From assembly GCA_048013815.1 (NCBI GenBank), contig CM106585.1, forward strand, positions 21,018,001 through 21,082,000: a DNA stretch of 64,000 bases, read 5' to 3'. The translations under genes were made by a program, and so were the position numbers. This stretch comes from Setoptus koraiensis. Its lineage: Eukaryota > Animalia > Arthropoda. Positions 34,088 to 45,522 of the stretch are shown piece by piece (position 1 is the first letter of the stretch; the number at the start of each line of letters is the position of its first letter). The notes under the pieces are model-generated. The model was not told where the DNA came from, did no database searches, and saw only the letters and a program-made list of their open reading frames with translations.

Positions 34088-36208
34088 ATGCCAGAAAAAG
34101 AACTCACTGGACGTTTCCTCAAACTTTTCAGCACCAACTCAACAATGGAGACACAAAAAAAGATTATCACTGCCAGCGAGCTGCCCGATGATATTTGGAT
34201 GAATATAATAGAAAAGTATTTGTGTCGCTATGCGGATCGCAACAGACTGGCTCAAGTTTCCACCAACTTTAACAGATTAGTCGATGATTACTACCAACGT
34301 CTAAGAACCTTGTCCTTTGATTGTTACCCCTCAAGATCGCTTGATTTGAAAGATCTGGAGCCCGATTTTCGGGTAATGAAAAAATACTCAAACATTACAG
34401 AGGCAAGATTTCTAAATAACGAAAATCGCAATATTTTCAGAAGAATCAATCCTGGTATGCATCGCATTATAACGGACAATTTCACAAATTTAACCAGTTT
34501 GAACCTGACCGGTGTTTCTTTTGGCACCTTCGAGCTCGTTGGTATTGTGAAAAAATGCGTCAACATTACATCATTAATATTAGATCATGCTATACTAGAG
34601 AACGACTTGGAACTGAGAATGGCGATGATGGTTTGCCAAACCAGACTGTTACATTTGAGCATTAAAGACCTGAAGATTTTCAGTTTTTTTCGTGTTAGGC
34701 GGGCGGTAAAGTTTTCCGAAATAAAATGGGTGATGCGTGATTTGAAATCACTTGTTATCGACGCCTACACGCTGTCACAACGGAACTCTTTGGATTGTCC
34801 TAATTTAGAGCGTATATCAGTATGCCATGACGGGTTTTTACCAGACGAAACGCAAATTTATCTTAGACAACGCATTTCTAGATTTCCGAAGCTGAAATAT
34901 ATTGATGGTTTGGACCTGGATTTGCCAATGCGAGAAGTGGCCCCTTCAAGCAATCAAATCTTTATATTTCATGGAGTACCTTGGCACCAAGACGTTTACT
35001 ACTCGGACGAAGAGGTTAATGCTTTTAAAAAACTGAGCACGTTGATGGATGAATATCTAGAATTCATATGGAAAAAAAGTTATCTCGAGCCCACGCCGGT
35101 AACATACGGACCACAGACAGAGTCCAATGGTCAATTCATGTATGCCAAAATAGATCGTCAATCGCTGAGTCCGTTATTCTTGAAAAACATTCACGCTAGA
35201 GATAAATTGCAGCTGTCTGGTAGGGGTGATTATTTCATGGGTAGGATCGCTTCAAAATCGGATTTTGATATTGAGGATGATTACGACGACAATTTTTTGT
35301 ATATCGTGTTCACACCGGATATGCCTCGTCTGACCTCGGCCATGTTCACCACCGATATGACTACAGAGAATTTCAGTCTGAAAAATATTCTTCTTGGACC
35401 TGCATTATGCCATTTGACCCCCGATCCAAACGAGGTAGGGCGAATTTTTTCCGACCGTTTCTTACATGAAGTATTAGTTGCAATAGCAGACAAGAAAAAA
35501 ATCAGTTTCCCTGAACTTCTACAAACTACTGTAAATGGTGATGTGAAAGCGAACGAAAATTTTGCAAACACAACTGAGCGTTTGCTTGCTCAACGGATCA
35601 CACTACTTGAGGGGCGGCCAGGGGTGAACTTATCATCAACTGTTGTCTCGTTGATGCAACAATTAATCGAAACAAGAGCCTATCCATTCTACAAAATATT
35701 ACTCTGTACTGATTCGGATAGCATGGCCACTGAAATTCACCAAATGGGTCGCCGGGTGATGAGTTATCGTCCCGATATCGAGGAGGGCCAGCCACGAAAA
35801 CCATTCGACTTTGAGGAGCTAGCGCGCGAGACAATAGCCGGTTTTAGAGAGCAGAGTGAATCAAATAGGAATATAATCAGTTGGGATAGTTGGGATGAAT
35901 GGATACAGCATAGGCAGCATAGTTTTCCGAAACTGTTCTACGACTTTAATCTAGACGTAATCAGTTGTTCGTTGCAACACACTTTTAGATTATTCGAGCA
36001 TGAATTGAACCATGTGACTGCAGCCATCGATACAGTTATCGTTGACAACTCTGATGATATAACTATGCCTGAAATTCTGCCAATCATTGGTCAGTATTTG
36101 CCTCGAAGAATTATACTACTCTCCAACAAAACAGATACAAGTTCATTAACGCTCTACAGCCAGATGAGATCTGTAGGATTTGAGCCGATTCTCATAGACG
36201 GTGAATAA
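34088..36208 (+). CDS. F-box/LRR protein fused to a degenerate, truncated UPF1-like (SF1B) helicase module; intronless, 706 aa
   Basis: N-terminal F-box (ELPDDIWMNIIEKYL...NRLAQVSTNFNRLV) and LRR-like repeats (LTSLNLTG, ITSLILDH, LLHLSI, LKSLVI, LERISV, LKYIDGL). The C-terminal third follows UPF1-family motif order with degenerate Walker A and B. AATAAA lies about 75 nt downstream. Confidence 0.85.
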   Translation: MPEKELTGRFLKLFSTNSTMETQKKIITASELPDDIWMNIIEKYLCRYADRNRLAQVSTNFNRLVDDYYQRLRTLSFDCYPSRSLDLKDLEPDFRVMKKYSNITEARFLNNENRNIFRRINPGMHRIITDNFTNLTSLNLTGVSFGTFELVGIVKKCVNITSLILDHAILENDLELRMAMMVCQTRLLHLSIKDLKIFSFFRVRRAVKFSEIKWVMRDLKSLVIDAYTLSQRNSLDCPNLERISVCHDGFLPDETQIYLRQRISRFPKLKYIDGLDLDLPMREVAPSSNQIFIFHGVPWHQDVYYSDEEVNAFKKLSTLMDEYLEFIWKKSYLEPTPVTYGPQTESNGQFMYAKIDRQSLSPLFLKNIHARDKLQLSGRGDYFMGRIASKSDFDIEDDYDDNFLYIVFTPDMPRLTSAMFTTDMTTENFSLKNILLGPALCHLTPDPNEVGRIFSDRFLHEVLVAIADKKKISFPELLQTTVNGDVKANENFANTTERLLAQRITLLEGRPGVNLSSTVVSLMQQLIETRAYPFYKILLCTDSDSMATEIHQMGRRVMSYRPDIEEGQPRKPFDFEELARETIAGFREQSESNRNIISWDSWDEWIQHRQHSFPKLFYDFNLDVISCSLQHTFRLFEHELNHVTAAIDTVIVDNSDDITMPEILPIIGQYLPRRIILLSNKTDTSSLTLYSQMRSVGFEPILIDGE

Positions 36209-36692
36209 GTTGAGTTATTAAATGATAGCTAAGATTTTAGTTATAAGCAGCTGTGTTTGTTCTTTGTGTAAATGAATAATAATAAATAATTTATTCTGAG
36301 TATAATGTACACTTCTATCAATGTTGTGATAGCGTCAGGTATATTGAATAACACAGTTGGACCATTCAGATTATCTGATATGATTAAATGTACATAGTAT
36401 TTAGAGATAGTTCACATAGATTTACACGAGTATATACAAGTTAGTATGCTGGGCTATCCATCACTGATTGAATGAACGTGGCTTTGCTAATGCGATTACA
36501 TCATCGAATAAAACGGTCAACATCGATCGGTGAGACAACACTAGTAGCGGTAGTCGCAATGATAGTTTTAACAATAACAACAATATCCGGGGGACCACTC
36601 TTTTAACATGCAACATGGCATCCGCCACCAGATGTCGCTAGTGCACGCTTCCAATGGTTCTGGAAAACTTATCTGGTGGATGACATGAGAAG

Positions 36693-37323
36693 CTAATATA
36701 TGGAAGCGTAAGAGCCGCTATCTGTTGAGGGCGGAGGTGGCGCCAATGGAGTGTAGCTAGCATCACAGGTGAAGGGGTCAGAATGGTTGATATTGATGTT
36801 GTTGTTGGCTTGTTGAGTCCAAATCAATGTTGTTGGTTGTTGTTGTTGTTGTTGCTGTTGTGTAACATTTAAATTGTAATGAGGATAGTTTATATTGTGC
36901 AATGTCCGATGGTTCATGTGTTGTTGTTGATGGTGCTGGTGATGTTGTTGTTGTTGCAGTAGCTGCTGTGGACTGATTGTTGTTGTCTGATGACACACAT
37001 TTGACGTGTAATTTACACCCAACAAATCACCTGTTGGTGGATGTTGGTAGTTGTGATAGGCTGCCGAGCCGTAGTAGCCACAATTGTTGCTGTTTGTGTG
37101 ATAAAATGATGATTTTGTCAGTGATTTGCCCGACACATTGGACAGTGCCGAAGTGGACGAGGTGGACGACGATGAGGCGCACGACGATGATTTTGAGGTG
37201 ATCATGGTGGCTGTAGGTAATGATCTAGATTTGAGGTTGTTGTTGGCGTGGTTGTTGCTGTTATGATTGCCATGGTGATGACTGGAGCAGGGCGACAAGA
37301 AAAACTCTGCTATAGCATGCAAC
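36693..37323 (-). CDS. RYK: RYK/derailed-like receptor, exon 5 (cytoplasmic low-complexity tail ending STDSGSYASIY*)
   Basis: Acceptor TTATAG| (exon starts 37323), phase 2, matching the donor at 37482. The SGSYASI motif recalls the derailed-family juxtamembrane region. Confidence 0.7.
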
Positions 37324-37482
37324 CTATAATGGAGTAAGAAATGAATGAAACATTTGGTTATATACATATACTGCATATTTAAATATACCTGGTATATATA
37401 GATATATATTTATACCAGCATAGCTCGGGGCTACTATTGGTGGGCGCACTATAATTGGCTTGTTTATATTCATTGTACTTAC

Positions 37483-37789
37483 TTTAGAGGTAAATGGTTG
37501 CGCGATTTGACCATTGTGATAATTAGTCCTGTTACTATGGCTACAGCCAATAGCATAACAATGATTAGGGCCACCAAAACTGGACTACTGCCACCCTTGT
37601 TGTTGGTGGCGTTAGTGACAGGGGACGATGTAAAAGCATGTGTAACTTGTTTCCTGTCAAATGGGTCCTTCTTTTTGGTTGCGTAATGTCGCCCATGTGA
37701 CTCGCCAGTGGCGAGCCCAGGCGAGGAATAGCCCAACCAGGGCGACACTGGCCTCGGCAGCGGCATATTCACGGTCAGGTCATCTCTGT

Positions 37790-37822
<33 letters not shown>

Positions 37823-38102
37823 CGAGCCAATTCATTTGCCATTTCGGGCCAAATATATCACGTTGTAACATTGTTTGCATGTTGTTGTTGAGCATGTTGT
37901 TATTCACAGCTGTTGCTCCAGGTACAGATAAGGGCCACGACGACGACGGTCCCGGTAGCATGCCACCCGGTACGGACTGGAGAGATGCGCCACCAGGTAA
38001 ATGGTGTTGATGGCCAGTTTTACCGTGTTGTTTGGGCATGGCAGCGCTGCCACCAGCGTTGTCTTGTTCCTGTTTGCCAGCACCCAAGGGTACTTGTGGT
38101 TG
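37483..38102 (-). CDS. RYK: RYK-like exon 4 (stalk plus transmembrane helix)
   Basis: TM segment PVLVALIIVMLLAVAIVTGLIITMV followed by KSR. Donor AA|GTAAGT at 37482. The acceptor at 38102 (CAACAG|, phase 0) is the best candidate but uncertain. Confidence 0.7.
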
Positions 38103-39346
38103 CTGTTGTTTTTTGTTTTGTTGGTTCAAATTTTGGTTTGGGTTGTTGAGTTTGAGTTGAGATGGTACCATCGGTTGTGTGATGATAATTAACACAACGT
38201 GTGCGTGTAATTATCGTTGGCATGGTGGCGTCAAATAAGCAGCAACAAGTGCACCAAATAAGTTAAGATCGTTAAGATGCCAATAAAAATTCATATGAAT
38301 TTATGGCCGCGAGTTAAGTGGACAAGAGAAGTGGCAGAGGAGAGAAGAAGCGAGTCGTGCGTTAGTTATTGTTGTTGTTGTTGTTGTTGCTGTTGTTGCT
38401 GTTGTAGTTGTTGATATCATTAATCATCGGAGATAACGACTTTGGTGAGAGATCGATGAAAAGGCAAAATTGAGAGAGCATAGCAACGAATAGTTTTACA
38501 TTGTGTGCAAATGCAACAATGAACACCAAACCGCCTGCCAGTCGCTAGTTAGTTGCTGAAATGCAATTTACGCAACATCTAACAGCCGGCAACAGGCCGT
38601 TGTGTGTATTTTGCAACAGTGTATTTCATTTTCATGTAACTATCTCATGTTGAGTTAGCGCAAGCAAAAAGAACGCTTTTCCCGGAACAGACAAGACAAA
38701 TTTCGCAATTGTTTGGTTGGTTGCAAGCGAACGATTCCGACAGAAACTTGTCCGACCAGCGGCCACATTGGGCAGGCGCCTGCGAGCAACAAGAGCACGC
38801 CAAACGGCATGCGAATGAGCCAGAATATAGTAGCGAGAGTGGCCAAGAATTATCCATTTATCCTGGCTCGTTATCAAAACAGTTGCTGGCTGGTCACATC
38901 GTTGGGCCGCCATTGTGCGCTGCCACTACCACTGACAACAAGAGGAGCCTTCGCTGGCAACTTTCGCCGCAGTTTTCTCAACAAAACTGGCTCGCAGCGG
39001 CATCTCGGCAATCGTCGGACAGCGCCAACGACTGATGAGATGCGACCGCGACTGTTGAAGCGCCAACAATAATTGAAACGACCACGACGACCAACGGACA
39101 ATGGCATAATGGATTGCCGTCACAATTATCACTTGCGATGGCGCTGACCAGCCGTCATTGTAATTGTAATAATTGATAGATGGTCGCTTCCATTTGCTCT
39201 ATTGTTGTCGCCGTTGTTGTTGTTGCAATCACAGTGCGTTCAATGCACGCGTAGTGCCAAAATTGAATAAAAGTCAACGCTGGCCAAATGGAAAAATGTA
39301 AAATAATTGCCCCTCGATTCGACTTGTGTCAGAACGGCCGACTTAC

Positions 39347-40183
39347 CTGATTGGTTGTTGTCGTTGGTGCTGCTCGTTGGTTGTCTCTACTTAGCGTCGT
39401 CGACTGGTCAATAGGTGCACTTGCATCAGAAGTTGCACCAGATTGTTGTTGTTGCTGTTCACTGTTTTGTTGTTTGCTGTCACTGTTGCTCGACGATGAT
39501 TGCTGCTGATTAAGTGAACCGTCTGGCTGTTTATTGCCAATTAATTGTTTGTTGCCACTGACAGAATCGTCTTGATCTTGAGCCAAACCCTGAGTTGGCT
39601 CATTTGTGGCGCTGTTGTTGGTGCTTGCATAACTACTAGTGGAACTTGTTGCTGCCACCATTGGCTGTGTCTTTGTTGGGGCCGGAATGGCGGGTCCTGT
39701 CACGGCCACCGGATGCACGAAGCAAATCTTTTTTCGTTTAATAGACAACGTAGTTGATATTGGCTGCTTGACCTTGGCTCTCGTTGCAGCCGATGGTGTG
39801 ACAGACGGTTGAAAGTTGCCCTCACTGTAGGCACTTGTTGTTGAATGTTGCGAATTGTTGTTGTCGATGTTGTCATTGTTGTCATCGGTTATCGACGACG
39901 AGCCTCCCTCGGCTTGGTCACTCAGCATGGCGTCGCTCAGATCGCCCGACGTAACGGACTCGGCGTCGGCTGGCTCCACAGCGGCGCTTGGATCTTCCTC
40001 TAAGAAGCCCGTTATGTTGATGAGTATCTGAATGTCTACCTCGGCCGAGGCTAGACCCGAGCAGGGCAGCGTCAATCTGAACACTTGCTCTTGGCGCGGA
40101 ATAAATCCCTGGCGCGTAATGTTGATCAATGGAGGCTTCACAACGTCCATGTTGCTAATGACTAAGCTGATGGCGTACGAGAC
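39347..40183 (-). CDS. RYK: RYK-like exon 3 (second half of the WIF domain with an insertion, plus stalk)
   Basis: VSYAISL...KPPLINITRQGFIP..EQVFRLTLPCSGLASAEVDIQILINIT and TLSIKRKKIC match the WIF domain. Acceptor CGACAG| and donor CAG|GTAAGT, both phase 0. Confidence 0.85.
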
Positions 40184-40322
40184 CTGTCGCATGTGGATTA
40201 TCATTACAAATTACACATTACACATTGTATCAGATTGTGCTTGTTTGTGTCTGCTAGAATGGCGATATTTGCATCGTGAATATCGCGATATCGTCAAAAA
40301 TGGGGTCTCGTTGTCTACTTAC

Positions 40323-40453
40323 GTTTGTGGTTCCCTGGTTCGACCACGTGAAGTGAATATCCGATTGATTTGTCTCTATGGGAATGAAGAAGCTGAGCGC
40401 GTAGTCGTTCCTGCGTCCATCTTGTACATAGTAGATATTTTGATCGCGCAAGG
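40323..40453 (-). CDS. RYK: RYK-like exon 2 (WIF domain)
   Basis: LRDQNIYYVQDGRRNDYALSFFIPIETNQSDIHFTW corresponds to RYK LDAELYYVRN...HYALSF...LHFTW. Acceptor TGACAG| phase 1; donor AAC|GTAAGT phase 0. Confidence 0.85.
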
Positions 40454-43400
40454 CTGTCATGCGAGGGTGTTATGTAAGAGTATGTTGAAACAGAATTGAA
40501 ACAGGTTAGTCCTATGCTATTGTGCATCATCAAAGTGCCTTATGTTTGTGTGTGCTGCTCAAGAGATCTCCAAGTGCCAAGTGATCAATTAATCATTCAA
40601 ATTAATCAAATTAGCGCGCCACAACAAGCTGATGACTAATTGACTGATGGCCAAAGTTGGCCAACGATGCCCGGCCGGCCGGTGAGACAATGTGAGCATC
40701 CATTGTCAGTTATGCAGGGATGGGCCGCTTGCAACAGCGACGACCGTTAACAGGATACGAACGAAATGCTTACGAACAAAAGACGAGCAACAACAACAAC
40801 AGCAACAGATTGTCCCAAAACTTATTCACCTGGCCAGCTGACCATCCCAGAAAAGTGCTCACTGTCCCAACAGGTTCAACAAGTGCATGCTGGCTGTCAA
40901 AATGTTGACAGGTGAATTACATGGTTTAGCTCGTGATTGACGCAATCATCAGCTATTTGAGCACAGTTGCAACCGTTGCGCGAAACGAGGCTCGTCACTC
41001 CATCGGCTGGTAGCCGGCAATTGCTGCGACTGCAACTGCATCCATCGACTGTGAACCGAAAATGAAAAATCGTCTATCGACTGGGCCAATTGGCCAACAA
41101 ATTCAATCTCTTCGCTCTGGTGAGAGCTGAGTCTGGTTGGTTTGCGCAATGAACGCACTCTTTACAGTTGCTGACATGCGATGAGTCTCGTCGGACGAGA
41201 TTGAGTGACGTGCATGCTGGCCATAGGCGACCTGATGGCCACAGGTGAATAATAAACGAACACTTCCACTTGTTGGTGCTCGCCATCGTCCAGTCAGTTG
41301 TTGCAGTCAGTTGTTGCAGTGGTTGTTGCAGTGGTTGTTGCAGTCTCGCAGCGACTGTCAAGCGTCTCGAAGCGTGATTATTATTTTGATTTTTTCTATG
41401 AGCTCGTTGGCCAGTCACGTCTCTGTCCGGCGCGGTCGCGGGTACCAGCGCCGCAGCGCTCACAAGTCAATGCAATCATAATGCAAACAACGGCATCGGC
41501 ACGCATCCCAATTAATGGGGCTTCTCACGCCAGCTGACAGTGGCCAAGAATGCAAAGTCAACAGCATGAATTAGCATATTGTTTTCGGTTGTTGCCGCTG
41601 TTGCCGCTGTTGCCGCTGTTGTTGTTGTGGCGCATCATGCTCAACGATTGTTAGTTGCTGGTCGTTAGTTGTTGGTTGCATCATGCGGACAAATAGTGAT
41701 GCGCCACAACAACAACAACAATTACGTAATGGCCAATGCGCTCACAGCGGCGAGCCAATAATAATGATAATAATCAACTTGAGCGAGCACAGTGACTCGG
41801 CAACGAGAATCGGCTCAAATGATGCCATTTAATGCTATTCAATTTTGCCCATCGCTCCATTTGCGCGCCATTTAAATGTGTGTGTGTGATAAATGGTCTC
41901 GTCTTGGGTCTTCGGTCATCGTTTCGGTTGGAAATGTCGGCCAATGGCACGACCGCAGCATTGCGCCAATAGGCAGATATCATGGTCTGTTTAGTGACTG
42001 TTGTGGGGTCCTTAGTGCATGCCAATTGATGTTTATTGATCGTAAAACTCTCTCTCTCTTCGTGTCTGTTAAATGCTATTTGCGATTTGCAAACAAATGT
42101 GGCTCCATGCTGCACACAAAAGCATGACACTAGGCGTAGGAGATAAGATAACTCACTCCATGGCGCTCACAATTTGATGCCTCACAATTTTATAATTCAT
42201 TTCGTCTCATCTCATGCATATTATCTCATTTGTGCATTCTCGTATACTGGCCAGCGCTCTCACTTGCAGCGCATTGGATGCAAGCTGAACCAATTAAATG
42301 TTGCCATGGCTCGCTTGGCTCGTCGTTAATTTTTCAATATTTTACGACTGACGAGCTCAAGAGCGAGAGGTGATTAAAAGCGCAATTATATATTATATGT
42401 TATATGTATGAGCGAGATATCAGGCGCAGATAGTGGCTGCGCAACTAAAACTTTCAAACTTTTAATTTTGCCCACTCGCCAATTCGGGCGTCGCGGACGA
42501 TGTGAGCCTAACTGAGCCAAGTGGTCAGATTCTTTCAACAGTTGCTATACGCACCTGAGATGTTATCGCTCTCTGTATGCCTGTCACATGCTACATATAT
42601 GGCACGGCCACATTTCGGCGCAGCATTCGTCCACTAGAATATGGCGACCGAACGCAGCAAGCGAACGCAGCGGCCAGAATGCGGCCGCACTAGATTCTGG
42701 CGACGGCTCGCATTCGAAAGCGACAAGAGATGCTCGCAAGATTGAGCTGAAAATAGCTCGCAACAGAGACGCTGTTGTGTATTTATATAGATATTAAACG
42801 ACGATATTAACATAGATTAGACGGGATTACACAGCAAACATATAATGACAACTTGTAGCAGTTAAATGCTTAAGTGGTCTGGCAGTGATTATTTGGCCAC
42901 AACACAGCACAGTGGTGGTCAATTTGTTGCTGTCGTTGTTGTTGTTGTTGCCGTTGTTGTTTATACGTTTAAATATTACATTGCTGCTGGCCAAACAAAC
43001 AGTAGCCACATAAACACGGCTCACACGGCCATTGGAACGCTTCGGCCGGCCGGCCGGCTGACAGCTTTCACCTGTGATTTTATGAGCCTTCAGTGATGGA
43101 CGCGCAGAAATGACTTTTATTGCACTTGCACTTGCGCTCAACACAACAAAGCAACAGCAACAACTGACCATCACAAATAGACACTCACTAAACTGACCAC
43201 TGCAAATAGACTCGCCAAACTGACCAGTGCAGCACTGGCTGAATGATGGAGGCGCAACAATGACATGACAATGATTGATTTAGATGACGCTCATTAGCGA
43301 CTTCGCGCCGGCCGTCACTGCGACCGGCCCGCTAGGCAACTGGCCCGCACTGGCGCTACCGGCGCTACCGGCGCTACCATGATTATGATGAATTGGCCGC

Positions 43401-45454
43401 AATCTGCAAACAATTACACCAGCCAATCACCAACAACGCATCACCGGATACATGACCGCAAGCACGGCACGCCCACCACCCGTTTGCCGTGTTCGGTGTC
43501 GGCGTGCCTAGCTGCTCGGGTCAATTTGTACATATATTATATTAAGGTATTAAGGTATATTTACATATCTGTTAGTATTTGGCGTATTGTATCGGCGCCG
43601 CTCGGGTGACGCAACACCACAGGTAGACCGAGGCGGCCAATTACGGCCATCGTCGAGTGTCACGTGAGCTGGCGCGCTCGCCGGTTTCGAGACAACGGTT
43701 GCCGGGATTTGCCCGGGAATCTCGGGCTGATTGTGCCAGCGAGAATCTGCCCGAGAGAATCCGCCAGCGAGCCGCGAGTGTGAATCTCCGCTTGGCACCG
43801 ACAGTTAACAAGTGCTCGCCAATCTCGCAATTGTGAGCCAACAAACAAACAAAATAATAATAAACAAACACAACGAGCGCCGACAATGATAGATTGGCAC
43901 TATGCACGCCACATAGTTTTGTGTGGAAATGGCCCACTCACAACAAACTATCTCATGGCCCGTTGATTGATTTAAATTGGCCAGCGTTGCGTGCCTGGCA
44001 GCCATTAGTCATTGTTTACATACCTCAACTGTTCGGCCAATCCAAACTGCCCGGCCACTAATAGATTTCTCAGGCCACTTGCGCAATGTGTCCACCGGCG
44101 GCGGGCCCCGGCGCAACCGTCGGCCAGCCCTCTGGCGGCCGACAGGGTGACCTTTTATGGGGCTCGCATTTGGTTTCGTCGGAGCGGCAGCAACAGAAAG
44201 TCGACGCGGCCACAGCCCCAAGGGATTAGCGGCTGACAGCGAGCTGCCGAGCCGAGCAGCAAATCGATTGGCGTTCGCCTTCGATTGATCGATTTCGCTG
44301 GCCAGGGCGATCTCGTCGGCGATCGCGCCGGCGCTCTCGTCATCGGCGACGGGCGACGGGCAATTGGCAACAGGCGATTCGAGATTGGCGATTCGAGATT
44401 GGCGACAAGCAACAAGTGTTGACTGGCGCGCACAGATTATCAGAGATTATCGAGCATGATTAGCGAGGGCACCAACAGCTGTTTGGAGTGCGCCTCGTGA
44501 GCCGTCGTGTGGCCGAAAGCTGCTTGCTTGCGCCGCTCGGGTGAGTGTCTCACATGCGGGCACGTTGCCGCTCGGGCATACGCGAGGCTGCCGCTCGGAC
44601 ATACGCGAGGCTGCTCGCAGCGGCCGGAATGGTGCTGGCGTGCGCTGCACCAAACATGGCAGCTATCAACTGGCCGATATAAATTGAATTGGACCATCGC
44701 TGGCCGGGCAAGGTGCGCTGTTGTGGTGCAGCGGTGTTGTGGTGCCGCGAGGCGTCGGTTGTATGTGGTGGTCAGTTGTGGTCAGTTGCGGCCGGGCGAG
44801 CGTGGCCCGGCGATCGTGCGCCGTCGCCCGCTGATCGCGATGATGATGGCGCTGCAAAGTAGACAAAACTGTTGCACATGCCAGCGCTGACCAGCGATAC
44901 ACATGATAGATCAGATTTGATGCCATCTCATCTCATGAGTCTCATGCCGTCTCATGCCGTCTCAGGCCGTCTCATGCCACCGCATCTGATATCGCATGGC
45001 CGCAGCGGCCGCTGACGGCCACTAACGAGCCCTCGCTAACTGTGGTGCCAAACTGACCAAATGTAGTTAGTAAACGCTGGTCGTCATGTCTCACCTTGGC
45101 TGCCAGTCGCTTGTTTGCCACGACGACCGGCATCACGACCAGTGGCGCTAAACCCAGGCCAAATATCCGAAATGGCCGATATATCCGACGCTCGTTGCAT
45201 GTGTATCAGAGCGTCGTTTCATTTGGCTCGCATTCGTTTAGCCGGGCCATTTCGAGCCAGCGTGTGCGTCTGCTGCCAATTGATGTGGTCAGCGAAAACA
45301 AACACTGACAGCGGATAGCAGTTTGCAGCCTCATGACCACGGCCACACGACTCCGGCCAGCGCCGCTGACCGCCGCCACTTGGCCACCACAGGGCTATAT
45401 CCACGCACACCCGAACGCCGTGAGTATATAAATACACGCTCATGGCCAGTGCAA

Positions 45455-45522
45455 AACGTATAAACGGTATATAAACGGCGTATGAACGGCGTATGAACGG
45501 CGTACAAACGGCGTATAAACGA
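45455..45522. repeat. About 11-bp degenerate tandem repeat (GTATGAACGGC)
   Basis: About 5-6 imperfect copies seen directly. Confidence 0.75.
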
